Under the pieces are notes generated by a model that searched no databases, was not told the DNA's origin, and worked only from the letters and a program-made list of their open reading frames with translations. Below are positions 10,205 through 20,265 of a DNA stretch of 64,000 nucleotides, piece after piece; positions within the stretch are counted from its first letter, which is position 1, and every line of letters starts with the position of its first letter. Position numbers and translations under genes: made by a program. The stretch is taken from the IMG/VR virus record IMGVR_UViG_3300048620_000017, positions 6,005 to 70,004 of that record, one strand, 5' to 3'. This DNA comes from a virus.

Positions 10205-12309
10205 GCCAATCCACTGTTTGCCTGGGCGGTGAAGAGACGCCGGTTGAGCGCATCGTTGATATCGGATGCGATACCATTGGCGTCCGTCGCCTGGCTGTGA
10301 ACCTCAACCTTGCCGATATGGTTCTCGACCGAGCTGGTGGATGTCGTGGCGGTGTGCGTGCTCGAGATGTTCGACAACGCCGCCGCCTTGGCGCCGGTGT
10401 TGATGCCGCGCATGCCCCGGTAGGTTTTGCCCGTGAAATTGTCCGTGCCGCTCCAGGAATTGAAGCCCTCGGCGCGCTCATACATTGATGCGCCGGTGGC
10501 GCCCTGCGCATCGGTCTTGGCACTCCGAAGCGCTCGCCCCGCGGAGCTCTCTGGGCCGTTGAGTTCCGACAGCGCGAATTGCAACTGCGTATCGAAATCG
10601 TTCCAGTTCTTGCCGCGCGCCTTGGCGAAGGCCATGAGCCTCCTCTTGCGCGGCGTCGTCCACTGCGCGATGCCGGACGCGCCGATACCGTTGACCGTCG
10701 AAGGGCCGCCGCTGGCCTCGACATTCATCCAGCGAGACACAAGCCCGCGCGCGCCGGCATCAGAAAGGCCGCCGGCTGTGAGTGTCTGATAGGCCTGCGA
10801 TTGCCGCTCCGGCGTCCACCAGCCCTTGGTGCCGTTCGATCGGCTCTGCGGCCCCCCGACCGCATCGCCGCCGGCACCGCTGCCATCACGCTTGGTGCCG
10901 CCAAAAGCATTCCGCTCACCGGCGCTGAACAGACTGCCGATGCCGCTTACGAGGTTGCTCCAGAAGCCGCCGCCGTCGCTTTTCTGATCAGAGATGGTGA
11001 CAGGGAGTGGATTGCCCCTGGAAACAGGCTTGCCGTCGACAGTGGTCTCGCCGGCCGGCCGAGCATGGTTGCGAGCCTGCGGACCGCTGCGATCCCAGTG
11101 TTTGAGCTGCGTGATCTGGTCGAGTTCGAAATCGGGTGGATTATAACCGCCTTCCCTTTTCGGGGTGTCACCCGATAGCGTCAGCATGGCAAGCCAAGGC
11201 GTTAGCCTGCCGAGAAAGCCCATCACGCCGGCACCCGCGCCAGCGCCAGCACCGGCGGCACCCGCGCCGGCCAGCATGCGCATGTTGCCGAGAACGCGGA
11301 GGAATTTTGCGCCTAGCCATAGGCCAAACAGGATCTCGGTCGCGTTCGTAATGCCGCCCAGCCCGTCGACCACTTCCTTCGCACCGGTCGCGAAATTCTG
11401 CATGCCAACGCCGACGGCGTTCCAATCGATCTTTTCGAGAAAGTCGATGAACTTCTTCACCGCATCGACGATGCCGGTCTTGATCCAGTCCTGGTTCTTC
11501 TCGATCCAGGTCGTCATCTTGTCGGCCGCCTCAACCAGGAGCGGGCCGAGCCTGTCATAGACGGCATTGGCGAGCGCGATGATGTGCTGGAGCAGTTCGT
11601 TCCAACTCGCCTGCAGCTTCTGCGCTGCCTCGATCGCCGCATTCGAAGGCGACAGGCTTTTCTCAAGCTTGCCCAGATAGTCGTCGATGCCCCGGCCCAT
11701 CTTGTACATGAGCTGCTCGGTAGCAGGGTCTATGCCAAGCGCCTGGGCGACGTTGTGGGCCGCCGATGGGTCGATGTTGTGCAACCGCTGCAATGCCGCG
11801 GCGACATCGGAGAGATAGCGATCGAGCCCATGGTTTGGATCGATCTTCATGCCGGTCCAGGCTTGAAGCTGCGAGAATTCGCGCGGCAGCGCCTCGCCGT
11901 TCTTGTTGAGGTTGTAGAGCTGCTTGTTGACGCGCTCAAGGGTCGACGCGGTCTGGTCGGCAGACCCGCCGAAGCGCTCCGCTGCGTTTTCCCAAGCGGC
12001 CAATCGCTGCGGTGACTCACCGAGGCTCGAAGCGAAGCGGCCGAGCGATGCATCGGCATTGGTGAGCTTGCGGACGAACTCGCTGAGGGCCTGCGACCCG
12101 GTGACGACAGCGAAGAGCTCAAGCACGCGCCGGGTGATCAGATTGACCGTCTCGGCGGCGTTCTTCGAGCTTTCCTCGACCTTTTTGCCGCCTTTCTGGA
12201 ACTCAACAACGGTCTTGAGCCAGGTCTCGGACGTCTTCTTCTGCTGATCGTTGAAATTCTTGGGATCGAGACCGAGCGTGACGATCAGGCTGTCAATGAC
12301 CGTTGGCAT
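10201..12309 (-). CDS. Tape measure protein with C-terminal phage tail lysozyme domain
   Basis: Helical N-terminus (VIDSLIVTLGLD); ASGIAQWT..R..L...FDTQLQFALSEL lysozyme-like motif. Confidence 0.85.
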   Translation of the reverse strand: MPTVIDSLIVTLGLDPKNFNDQQKKTSETWLKTVVEFQKGGKKVEESSKNAAETVNLITRRVLELFAVVTGSQALSEFVRKLTNADASLGRFASSLGESPQRLAAWENAAERFGGSADQTASTLERVNKQLYNLNKNGEALPREFSQLQAWTGMKIDPNHGLDRYLSDVAAALQRLHNIDPSAAHNVAQALGIDPATEQLMYKMGRGIDDYLGKLEKSLSPSNAAIEAAQKLQASWNELLQHIIALANAVYDRLGPLLVEAADKMTTWIEKNQDWIKTGIVDAVKKFIDFLEKIDWNAVGVGMQNFATGAKEVVDGLGGITNATEILFGLWLGAKFLRVLGNMRMLAGAGAAGAGAGAGAGVMGFLGRLTPWLAMLTLSGDTPKREGGYNPPDFELDQITQLKHWDRSGPQARNHARPAGETTVDGKPVSRGNPLPVTISDQKSDGGGFWSNLVSGIGSLFSAGERNAFGGTKRDGSGAGGDAVGGPQSRSNGTKGWWTPERQSQAYQTLTAGGLSDAGARGLVSRWMNVEASGGPSTVNGIGASGIAQWTTPRKRRLMAFAKARGKNWNDFDTQLQFALSELNGPESSAGRALRSAKTDAQGATGASMYERAEGFNSWSGTDNFTGKTYRGMRGINTGAKAAALSNISSTHTATTSTSSVENHIGKVEVHSQATDANGIASDINDALNRRLFTAQANSGLA

Positions 12310-12538
12310 TCTCGTCCCTCTTCCGCATCAACATCATGTTGTGGGCATCCACCATGGCCACCTCGAGGAGGTCGTGGACGTCCTCGACCGATAGCCATTC
12401 ATCCAGTTCTCTCAGCGAGGTTTTGCCCTTTGAGAGAACCTGACCGATGGCTCGGGAGACGTTCCCGTATTCGAGGAGCTGGACGCCGGCGACGGTGTCG
12501 AGGTCGATGTCGACGGGCCGCCGCTGGTAAAAAAACCC
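12293..12538 (-). CDS. -1 frameshift extension of tail chaperone (GT-like)
   Basis: -1 frame after slip reads YQRRPVD...SLRELDEWLSVEDVHDLLEVAMVDAHN up to the tape measure start. Confidence 0.8.
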   Translation of the reverse strand, partial: GFFYQRRPVDIDLDTVAGVQLLEYGNVSRAIGQVLSKGKTSLRELDEWLSVEDVHDLLEVAMVDAHNMMLMRKRDENANGH

Positions 12539-12906
12539 ACGTGAAGGTTGATCACCTCCTGCCGCAGCTGGATTAATGTAGCGATCTCTTCGATATCGCC
12601 TTCCATCAGCGCGCGCGTGATCGCCGGATTGCGGGGATCGGGCTTGATCCTGACGCATTCCATCATCTCGTCGAGCAGTGGCTCGGCATCCTCGAAGGCG
12701 ATCTTGGTGATCGCCCTGATACCGATGATGGCGATGCCCTGCATACCCATGCCGGCGAAGTCGTCGGGAAGCTCGACGCCAGAGCGCGCTACGGCGAGAA
12801 GGGCGCGCATCGCCCATTTCTCCGCGCGAGTCGCCGGCATTTCCGTGATGTGGAATGTCTTGTCCATGTCACGATCGAAGATCGTGACGTCGATCTCTTT
12901 ACGCAT
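12412..12906 (-). CDS. Tail assembly chaperone (G-like)
   Basis: Between tube and tape measure; contains slippery GTG GGT TTT TTT ACC. Confidence 0.85.
   Translation of the reverse strand: MRKEIDVTIFDRDMDKTFHITEMPATRAEKWAMRALLAVARSGVELPDDFAGMGMQGIAIIGIRAITKIAFEDAEPLLDEMMECVRIKPDPRNPAITRALMEGDIEEIATLIQLRQEVINLHVGFFTSGGPSTSTSTPSPASSSSNTGTSPEPSVRFSQRAKPR
12529..12538 (-). promoter_or_regulatory. Programmed -1 frameshift slippery site GGGTTTTTTT
   Basis: In-frame G GGT TTT / T TTT TTT, both fitting X XXY YYZ. Confidence 0.8.
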
Positions 12907-12915
12907 GACTTACCC

Positions 12916-13347
12916 TCAATGTGGGACGCTTTGAACGCTCTGCCAGCGGATCGCGAACCGGCGCGGCTGCAGGATCTTGGCCGCCGCCGGCATCGGCGGC
13001 AGGCTGACCAGAAAGCCCTTGGTGGAAATGTAGGAGCGCCCGACCGACGGCAGCGTCGTGCTGCCGTTGGCATTGTAGACGTCCTTGGCCTGGATCTGCG
13101 TCGCGGCCCATGTTTCGAAAAATGCGATGGATGGGGAATCGGCCTGCAACACGAAGGTCTGATTGACCGGGTTGAAGACGAAGCCGCCCGACAGGATGCC
13201 ATCCACGCCCATGGCCGTCTCGATCTGGTCGACATTGTCCATGTCGTAGATGTTGTCGGCGGCGAAGCCCTGCAGCTGGACCGGTGTCGGAAAGAGGTTC
13301 GGCACCGTAAGGGTAATGACCGCGTTCGCGGCGGTTAGGGTCGACAT
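12916..13347 (-). CDS. Tail tube protein
   Basis: 143 aa directly after sheath; LQGFAAD, MGVDG, LQADSPS motifs. Confidence 0.82.
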   Translation of the reverse strand: MSTLTAANAVITLTVPNLFPTPVQLQGFAADNIYDMDNVDQIETAMGVDGILSGGFVFNPVNQTFVLQADSPSIAFFETWAATQIQAKDVYNANGSTTLPSVGRSYISTKGFLVSLPPMPAAAKILQPRRFAIRWQSVQSVPH

Positions 13348-13380
13348 GATCTGGCTCCTGACGGGGGGATTGGTTGCCGC

Positions 13381-15339
13381 TTACTGGACGAGAGTCGAGG
13401 TGAGCGCGATCTTCTGCACGGACTGGCCATCCATGTACCAGAAGTTGATCGATGGGCTCTGGCGGGCCTGGCGCACCTGCGGCGTGGCATCCTTGACCTG
13501 CAGATACCAGCCCTGCAGCTGAAGCGTGTCGCTGGCCTTGAGGCCGGCCGCCGAATTGATCTGTGCGATCTGGAGCGCCGACAGCGTCACACCGGCGCGA
13601 ATGGCGCCGAAGTTGAGAGCCTGGTTGATCGGATCGGCGCAGGCTGCCTTGATCAGCTCATAGCCCTGGTTGTTGTAGGGCACCGAGTTGATGTTCTGGA
13701 GCAGCTCCATGAGCGCAAGCTGCAGCTGGTTGTTCAGCCAGATTTGGTTGATGTAGCTGTCCAGCCATTCGAACATGCCCGACACTATGCCGGGCTGGAA
13801 TTCGAGGAACTGCTGCGCCGCGGTCGCATAAGCGCCGTAGAAATTATAGCCGTTGGCGATGAGATTGCTCGCCACCGTTGCCGAGGTCACGCCGGCGAAC
13901 AGGCCATCCTGACCCCGGAAGGCAAAGGTGATGCGGCCGTTGGTCTGCTGGAAGTCGATCGACGCCGCAGCGCCACAGATGAAGGCGGCGATCTGTTCCG
14001 GCGTGGTCGCGCCGCCAGGAGGTTGATAGATCGCGCACGTGCCGTCGAGATTGCCCTGCTTGATGATGGCGCCAAAGCTCGACGTGGCATTGTTGCTTGC
14101 GGTCGGGGTGATGTCGGTATCCCAGGCGATATAGGCATAGCGCTTGTTGGTGCCATTGACCCATTCGGCAAAGTCCTGCTTCTGCAGTGATCCAGAGCCG
14201 CCATCCGGATCGAAGATCGTCATGAAGGTCGCCCAATTCTGGGTGAGCTGGGTGATGCTGGTCATGAAGCCACCGGCCGACGTTCCGGCAGCACCTTGCG
14301 AAAGGACCGCGCCAGTCGCCGAGGTGAGGTAGAGTGCGTCGGAAACCGTCCCGGTGGCAAAGGCGACGCTCGAAGCCGTGCCGGCAACACCCGAGGTGAT
14401 GACGAAGCCTCCAGAGACGGAGTCATAGGAGACGGCAAGCGGCGTTGCGGCTGCGGCGACGGTAGTGCTCGCCGCAGTCTGCGTCAGGTTGACGAAGTAC
14501 GTGCCCGTGAGGCCCGTTCCGGTGCCGAGCGCGGTAATGAGCGTGCCGGCGGTAATGCCGGAGCCAGAGAGCGTCTGACCGACGGCGAGCGTACCAGAGC
14601 CGACGGCAGAGACGGTCAGCGTGCCATAGGTCGCCGAGATGGTCGTGCTGGCCACGATCTGCGCAATCGAGACCGCGTATTCGCCGATGCCGCCCGGCGT
14701 GCCCGATATCTGATTGGCGATCTTCGTCCCGGCAGTGATACCGGTGCCGGAGATGGCCGCGCCAGCGACCAGAGTTCCCGAGGTCACGCCGGTGACATAC
14801 ATGACGTTGCCGGCAATCGAGCCCGTCACCGAGGCTGTTGCTGGAGCGATGGCACCAGTCACCGAAGCAGCGGCGGGAGGGCTTGCGTTCAGCCCGGTCT
14901 GGATCAAAGCGGCTGCAGCCGAGAAGCTGGTGGCGCTTGAGAGGTTGACCGCACCGGCGGTGCGCGCATAGCCGTCGACATTGACGGTGAGCGTGCCGCT
15001 CAATGCCTGCAGCTGGGCCAGCGAGAGTTGGTTGGCTGGACCGCCGCGCAGATAGGCGGGAACGGATGTCGAGGGATACTGCGCGAAAAGGATGGTCGCC
15101 GGCTTCTGGGTCGAGTTATTGAAGCCATTGAAATAGTTCATGGCGATCTCGGTTTCCTCGGCCGATGCGCCGAAGAAGTTCGACACCGAAACGCCGTCAT
15201 TCGGGAAGGCCAGGACCTGGCCGATCGGGACGCGGGGGTTCTGCGTCAGCACGAGACCGTTCATCACGAGCGCGTTGCCGCCAGCATTGAGAACGTTCGG
15301 AATGACGTTCACAAGTTGCGAGGCCGGGATGGTCGACAT
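13381..15339 (-). CDS. Tail sheath protein (DUF3383-like)
   Basis: [49 protein letters not shown] motifs; two inserted ~65-aa modules. Confidence 0.92.
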   Translation of the reverse strand: MSTIPASQLVNVIPNVLNAGGNALVMNGLVLTQNPRVPIGQVLAFPNDGVSVSNFFGASAEETEIAMNYFNGFNNSTQKPATILFAQYPSTSVPAYLRGGPANQLSLAQLQALSGTLTVNVDGYARTAGAVNLSSATSFSAAAALIQTGLNASPPAAASVTGAIAPATASVTGSIAGNVMYVTGVTSGTLVAGAAISGTGITAGTKIANQISGTPGGIGEYAVSIAQIVASTTISATYGTLTVSAVGSGTLAVGQTLSGSGITAGTLITALGTGTGLTGTYFVNLTQTAASTTVAAAATPLAVSYDSVSGGFVITSGVAGTASSVAFATGTVSDALYLTSATGAVLSQGAAGTSAGGFMTSITQLTQNWATFMTIFDPDGGSGSLQKQDFAEWVNGTNKRYAYIAWDTDITPTASNNATSSFGAIIKQGNLDGTCAIYQPPGGATTPEQIAAFICGAAASIDFQQTNGRITFAFRGQDGLFAGVTSATVASNLIANGYNFYGAYATAAQQFLEFQPGIVSGMFEWLDSYINQIWLNNQLQLALMELLQNINSVPYNNQGYELIKAACADPINQALNFGAIRAGVTLSALQIAQINSAAGLKASDTLQLQGWYLQVKDATPQVRQARQSPSINFWYMDGQSVQKIALTSTLVQ

Positions 15340-15372
15340 GGACCAGGTCCTTTCTGTTTCGATTGTTGGAGA

Positions 15373-16107
15373 TCAGGCCGGGAAGGTCGCTTCGACGTTC
15401 GTGACGTCGATCACTGGCTGATCGGCGAATTGTTGCGGCAGACCAGGCAGCGCCTGGTTGGCCTGGATATGGACATCGACGACATAGCGGGTCTCGTACT
15501 GCTGCTCGCCGTTGAGGAACGGGACTTGCCTGGGATCGTCGGCATAGAAGGGCGCGCCATCGAGACCAGCAGCGGAAAAGAAGGTCGTGGCGCGATCGTC
15601 GCGCATCAAGGTCGCGATCGTCTGCGCCATGTCAGATGCGTTTCCGTCTGATGCGCTATGCACGTCGAGCTGGATAACCACCTCGGTCGGCTGCATGACG
15701 GTCTCGCCGCCGCTGGCCAGCACCTCGGCGCCAACCGTCTGTGATGGCGCCACAGTGTAGGATCCGACGCCGCCGGGGGTGCCACCGGTCTGCGCGCCGA
15801 TCACCGTTCCGTCGGCCACCGAAGATCCGAAGACAGTCGCGCCGATCTCGATGATGCCGAGGTCCACATGGGTCACGGTCATCACCGTGCCGCTGATCGA
15901 AGCCTCGAAAGCGCAGTCTTGATAGGTGTCGACATTGGTGGAAAGGCGGCCGCGGCGGATCACGGTCATCGCCACGAAATCCCCGACCGGTTCAGGCACG
16001 CGGTTGTCCCGAGCCTGGATTACCTCGACGCCAGCCGGCAGGATCGAAAGCAGGAAGCCGCGCAGGACCGTCTGGATGGTCGACTGGCTCGGGACCGGTC
16101 CGCTCAT
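15373..16107 (-). CDS. Tail terminator / neck protein
   Basis: VEVIQARDNRVPEP, IQLDVH, FLNGEQQYETR; start MSGPVP at 16107. Confidence 0.8.
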   Translation of the reverse strand: MSGPVPSQSTIQTVLRGFLLSILPAGVEVIQARDNRVPEPVGDFVAMTVIRRGRLSTNVDTYQDCAFEASISGTVMTVTHVDLGIIEIGATVFGSSVADGTVIGAQTGGTPGGVGSYTVAPSQTVGAEVLASGGETVMQPTEVVIQLDVHSASDGNASDMAQTIATLMRDDRATTFFSAAGLDGAPFYADDPRQVPFLNGEQQYETRYVVDVHIQANQALPGLPQQFADQPVIDVTNVEATFPA

Positions 16108-16379
16108 TAGACGCCAGTGCCGATACCGCGCACCGTAGCGTCGGCCGCGCCGATTGGCCTGCACCAGAGCTTATCGCCAGTGGCGAGCGGGAAGGTGGTG
16201 AAGACCTGCGACAGGATGACGAAAGCTATCGAGCTAGCTGCCGGCACTGTGGCTGCGATTGCCGCCTGCACGCCGCCCTGGCTGGTGGCTTGAAGCTGGA
16301 CGCTCGTATAGGTGGCTGCGTCGCCAACCTGCGTCCATTGGCCAGTCGGGCATGGCACCGTGAAGGTTCCGTTCGCCAT
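16107..16379 (-). CDS. Small putative structural protein
   Basis: Coupled stop/start with neighbours; beta-rich composition. Confidence 0.65.
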   Translation of the reverse strand: MANGTFTVPCPTGQWTQVGDAATYTSVQLQATSQGGVQAAIAATVPAASSIAFVILSQVFTTFPLATGDKLWCRPIGAADATVRGIGTGV

Positions 16380-16381
16380 AG

Positions 16382-16771
16382 TCAGGCTCCATTCTGTAGC
16401 GTGATCGCCACCTTGTACCAGTCAGGCCATTCCTCGAGCACATGGGCGACGAGCCACGTCGTGCCTTCTGGCAATGTCCCGGACGGAAACACGAAGAGAT
16501 CGCCGCCCGTTTGCAGCGGCCGCACCACAGCCAAAGCGGCGCCATTCAGGTAGACGGCGCGCCGCACGCCCTGGATGTTGAGGCCGTCGAGCTGCTGCAG
16601 GTCGCCATAGGTCAGCGCCTGCACCTGCACCGAGATGTTGGGCACAATGCTATAGACCGGCGTTCGCTTGCCGTCGGCCGCCGTGGTGTAGCCCGCCGAC
16701 CGATTGAGGGTGGCGAGCACGAATGGATTGATCGTCGCGATCGCGCCCGAAACAATCCCGTGCAGGTTCAC
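16382..16771 (-). CDS. Head closure (stopper) protein
   Basis: MNLHGIV, VQVQAL, LDGLNIQG, EEWPDW motifs. Confidence 0.82.
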   Translation of the reverse strand: MNLHGIVSGAIATINPFVLATLNRSAGYTTAADGKRTPVYSIVPNISVQVQALTYGDLQQLDGLNIQGVRRAVYLNGAALAVVRPLQTGGDLFVFPSGTLPEGTTWLVAHVLEEWPDWYKVAITLQNGA

Positions 16772-16776
16772 TGGCT

Positions 16777-17766
16777 CTAGCCTCGGATTTCGTAGGTATA
16801 GGTCGACGTGTCCCCGGCAGCAGCCTTGACGCTAAATCCGGTGCCCGGCGTGATAGCGGATAGGAAGGGGGCGCCGGCCGGCGTGCCGCCGATCGTTTTC
16901 ATTCCGAAATCCACCACCGAATTGGCAGTCAGCGCCGGCTCAGCAACAACGACCGCAGTCGCGCCATTGGCGACGAAGGTTCCGATTTTGGGGAAGTATC
17001 CCTGCCCCATGCAGACCATGGTGATGGTGCCGGCCGCCGAATAAGTGACCAGGTACGTCGCCCATGAGTTCGCGGGAATGATTGTCGCTCCGGAGAGCGT
17101 GACACCCGCTCCTGCCGCCAGCGTGGCCGGGAAAACGGTGTTGTTGACGTAGGTATACTCCCACGAAAAGCCGACGTGCACATTTGGCTGCGCGCCGATG
17201 ATGTTGACCGCAGTGTCGGTCGTGTCGGTGAAGGCAGCAACCTGGACACCGCCGCGCGTCGTCACTGCACCAGCGATACCGGCTCCCGTGATAGTGCCTG
17301 CGCCGACCGTCGCCAGAGCCGTGGCGACTTCCGGCGTTGCATCGGCCAGTGGCACCGTGAAGACGTGGTTGAAAACAACCGCCGTTCCGTCGGCGCTGAT
17401 CGTCACGAGATATTCGGCCGCAGAATTTGCCGGAATGATCGGGCTGGAAGAGAACGTCACTCCCGTACCGCCGGAAAGCGTCTGCTGGAATGGCGTAGTA
17501 TTCTTGATCTTGCAGAGAAACGAGCCACCCGGAACCGCGCCCGCCAGCACAATATTGGCTGCGGTATCGGTGACATCGGCGAATGCGGCGGTCGGGCCGC
17601 TGCGATTGATCAAACCAGCGACGATATTGGCCGCGCTCAGAGTGGTCCCAACGGTCGCCGCTACGTTGCTCGGTTGGGGCGAGCCTGTGATCCCCAGAAG
17701 GGTCGCAGGGCTTAGAGTGATATCGCCCGTCTTCGGGCTCCAAAGCGACAGATTTCCCATGGTCAT
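16777..17766 (-). CDS. Putative virion structural protein with two tandem ~90-aa domains
   Basis: Repeat AAFxDxTDTAxNI...N.T.F..TL..G.GVT......IIPANS.A.YLVT twice. Confidence 0.75.
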   Translation of the reverse strand: MTMGNLSLWSPKTGDITLSPATLLGITGSPQPSNVAATVGTTLSAANIVAGLINRSGPTAAFADVTDTAANIVLAGAVPGGSFLCKIKNTTPFQQTLSGGTGVTFSSSPIIPANSAAEYLVTISADGTAVVFNHVFTVPLADATPEVATALATVGAGTITGAGIAGAVTTRGGVQVAAFTDTTDTAVNIIGAQPNVHVGFSWEYTYVNNTVFPATLAAGAGVTLSGATIIPANSWATYLVTYSAAGTITMVCMGQGYFPKIGTFVANGATAVVVAEPALTANSVVDFGMKTIGGTPAGAPFLSAITPGTGFSVKAAAGDTSTYTYEIRG

Positions 17767-17806
17767 AAGCCCTCTTGGGTTAGGATTTCACGATGTCGGC
17801 CGACGG

Positions 17807-18247
17807 CTATTTCTTCACGGCATAGTCGACCGACGCGAGCATGTGGCCGGTGTCGACAAGCTGCTTGTCGTTGCCTTTGCGGGCGATGGTGGCGGGTTTC
17901 AACGGCGTGCCGGAATAGGCGACGATTGCAGCTTGCAGCTGGCCTTTGATGGCCGCGCCGGTCTGGCCGAGCGTCTTGTCGGCGTCGTAGCCGTTCGCGA
18001 CGAGAAGGTTGCCTACGGCATCGGGCCATTCGGGGCTCTTCTCGACGATCATGCCTCGGAAGAACGGCCGGGGCGGAGTGTCGGCTGACCCAAACTCGTT
18101 GACCGCGGCGACGAGCGCGACGGAAGTGCCATCGGGATAGGTGGCACCCTCAAGAAAGCCGATGTCGACCGAGGCGGCCTTTGTGAGGTTCTTCGATATC
18201 TCGGCAAGCTTGGCGGCGAGCTTGTCGCCGCCCTTGAGCTGCACCAT
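17807..18247 (-). CDS. Tail completion / neck protein (HK97 gp10-like position)
   Basis: IGFLEGATYPDG, NEFG...PPRPF, TIARKG..K.LVDTG; start MVQLKG at 18247. Confidence 0.8.
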   Translation of the reverse strand: MVQLKGGDKLAAKLAEISKNLTKAASVDIGFLEGATYPDGTSVALVAAVNEFGSADTPPRPFFRGMIVEKSPEWPDAVGNLLVANGYDADKTLGQTGAAIKGQLQAAIVAYSGTPLKPATIARKGNDKQLVDTGHMLASVDYAVKK

Positions 18248-18251
18248 CGGC

Positions 18252-18443
18252 TTATGCGCCTGGTGCCTTGGCGGCGGCCGGCGCAGCCTTCTGCTGAGAG
18301 GCGTCACCAGCATTGGCACCGCTGTCGGCGTTGACTGCCGGAGCGGCGGCAGCCGCGTTGTTTTCGAGGCTGGAGATACGATCCAGGATCTCGGCCTTGA
18401 AAGCGCGAAATTCGCGCATGAACATTTGAAGTAGCTGTTCCAT
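18252..18443 (-). CDS. Small Ala-rich hypothetical protein
   Basis: MEQLLQMF... with GGAG upstream; fills gap between neck genes. Confidence 0.55.
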   Translation of the reverse strand: MEQLLQMFMREFRAFKAEILDRISSLENNAAAAAPAVNADSGANAGDASQQKAAPAAAKAPGA

Positions 18444-18454
18444 GACTATGTCCT

Positions 18455-18889
18455 CTACTGGTTTGGCCAGGGATTGAAGTTGCGGCGCGGGCCTGGGACG
18501 TAGCGCATGGTCCGGAACGGGGACGTCATCGCCCACCACATCGCGCCGAATGGCGTCGACATGAACCAAGCGCTGTTCGGCGTCGTCGGTATGCTGGCCG
18601 TTACCGAAACCGAGCCTTCTGTGGCCTGCGTGATCGGTCCGGCCAAACCGGTTGCTCCGGCGCCCGCTCCGGTCGGCCCGAACAGTTTCTCTGCAACATG
18701 CGCGACCATGAGGTTGAGCAGCTGCGTCTGCAGCGCGGCTGTGCTGACGGGGCCGCCGCCATCGTTCCGGTTGAACTGCTCCGCGATCGGCAGGATCAGG
18801 TTCGTCACCTGGTCCTCTGTCAAAGAAGGGCTGAATTGCGGGAAAGTGGCAGCCCAGGCCGTGTAGTTGAAAGTTACCTGAACACCCAT
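18455..18889 (-). CDS. Head-tail adaptor (DUF4054-like)
   Basis: FPQF, LLNLMVAH, ATEGSVSV, WFMSTPFGAMWW motifs. Confidence 0.85.
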   Translation of the reverse strand: MGVQVTFNYTAWAATFPQFSPSLTEDQVTNLILPIAEQFNRNDGGGPVSTAALQTQLLNLMVAHVAEKLFGPTGAGAGATGLAGPITQATEGSVSVTASIPTTPNSAWFMSTPFGAMWWAMTSPFRTMRYVPGPRRNFNPWPNQ

Positions 18890-19033
18890 GATGTACCTCC
18901 GGCGTCGCCGCTTCCCCGCTACATGGAACCGGGCCGATACCGGCCGCCCCGCACGGGCTCTTCCAAGGATCGAGCGAGCAACATTGTCCCCCTAGCCGGC
19001 ATTGGGAGTGGAAGCGCGGGGCGATCTATGGTG

Positions 19034-19459
19034 CTACGCGTCCTGCTTGAAAGCCTGGATGCCGCGCGGCAGATTGTTCGGGTCGATGGGCTCGAAGCCG
19101 GATTTCTGGGCCTCATGCTCCTTGATGAAGCCTTCGACCATGTCGGTTTCGGAATGCGCCCAGATCAGGTTGTTCTTGACCGCATCGAGGTCGTGGTTCT
19201 GAGCAAGCCACTTCTTGAAGAACTCGGCGTCAACGCCGGGGGTCAGCGCGAAGCTGCTGCTCTGCGCGGCAGGCGCCGGCTCGAGGCGACGATCGAAGCG
19301 GCGGCTGTAGCCCTTGACGACCTTCTCGGCGACGACCTTGGCGCGCTTTGACTTGCGAAAGCCGCCGCCGGCGGTTGGTTCGTTTACATCCTCCATCTCG
19401 TGAAGGCGAAGAACGAGGCCATGCGGGAGCTTGCAGGCGACAGTCACGGTATCGGGCAT
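19034..19459 (-). CDS. Conserved head-module phage protein
   Basis: TVACKLPHGLVL...LTPGVDAEFFKKWL motif; strong RBS. Confidence 0.75.
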   Translation of the reverse strand: MPDTVTVACKLPHGLVLRLHEMEDVNEPTAGGGFRKSKRAKVVAEKVVKGYSRRFDRRLEPAPAAQSSSFALTPGVDAEFFKKWLAQNHDLDAVKNNLIWAHSETDMVEGFIKEHEAQKSGFEPIDPNNLPRGIQAFKQDA

Positions 19460-19479
19460 CGAATGTACTCCGGTTGATC

Positions 19480-19529
19480 AAAGAAAGATGGACTGGCGGA
19501 GGGCGGCTGGGACCGCCTCTCCGCATCTA
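19480..19529 (-). terminator. Probable intrinsic terminator of the RNA cassette
   Basis: GCGGAGAGGCGG/CCGCCCTCCGC hairpin (19496-19524) followed by CATCTTTCTTT. Confidence 0.6.
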
Positions 19530-19535
19530 AGGGAG

Positions 19536-19835
19536 CTAGCAGCGCCGCCTGATATCGATGAGCGAATGACCATCGGTCTGCAGCGAAAGCGCGTAGACGG
19601 GGCCCAGGACGCTCCTTGCGGTCGCTCTGTCGCGAATAACCTTCTCGCCCTCGCGATGCAGCGCGACATGGTCGACCGCGACTGCGAAATCGGGCAGCAT
19701 GTGGCTTGGCTGGAGGTCAGTCGATGAGGCGTAGACACCATCGAATCGATAGCTTGAGGCCGTCGATGGCATGATGAAGGCGAGCGCCAAGGCTACCAGG
19801 CCAAAGCCGACGAAGATGAATGATCGAAAGCGCAT
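19536..19835 (-). CDS. Small exported/membrane protein
   Basis: MRFRSFIFVGFGLVALALAF signal-like N-terminus; last gene of the RNA cassette. Confidence 0.6.
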   Translation of the reverse strand: MRFRSFIFVGFGLVALALAFIMPSTASSYRFDGVYASSTDLQPSHMLPDFAVAVDHVALHREGEKVIRDRATARSVLGPVYALSLQTDGHSLIDIRRRC

Positions 19836-19886
19836 TTTCAGTCCTTTCGGTTGGGTTTGCCGAGATGGACCCGCTCGGCCGGGATT

Positions 19887-20240
19887 TCAGGCGAGCGCCT
19901 CGTCGACGACGCGGTACGGGCAGCGCAACAGCGCCGCGATCGCGGTCCGCCCTTTGCCCATCGCCGCCAAGCGCCGGATCTCTGCAACCGAGCTGACATT
20001 CGTCGCAGGCGAAGGCGCTGCAACATCGTCAACTAGAACATCGGCCAGAGGCGCCGGCTCTGTCTCAGCGGCCCGCTCTCGGGCATACTGGCGAGTGCCG
20101 CGCCTGATGTTGTAGCGGGCCGCCAATTGGCTGGGATAGCTCTGTGAGACGTTGAAGTCATAGGCGATCTGCGCCACTGGCACGCCGGCCACGTATTGCT
20201 TCAGCAGCGCTTGCCGCTGTTCCTCAGTCATCCGCGGCAT
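19887..20240 (-). CDS. Double helix-turn-helix protein
   Basis: N-terminal GVPVAQIAYDFNVS and C-terminal GKGRTAIAALL HTH-like segments; RBS AAGGGAG; start at 20240. Confidence 0.75.
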   Translation of the reverse strand: MPRMTEEQRQALLKQYVAGVPVAQIAYDFNVSQSYPSQLAARYNIRRGTRQYARERAAETEPAPLADVLVDDVAAPSPATNVSSVAEIRRLAAMGKGRTAIAALLRCPYRVVDEALA

Positions 20241-20265
20241 GCAAACTCCCTTGTTAAGGTCACCA

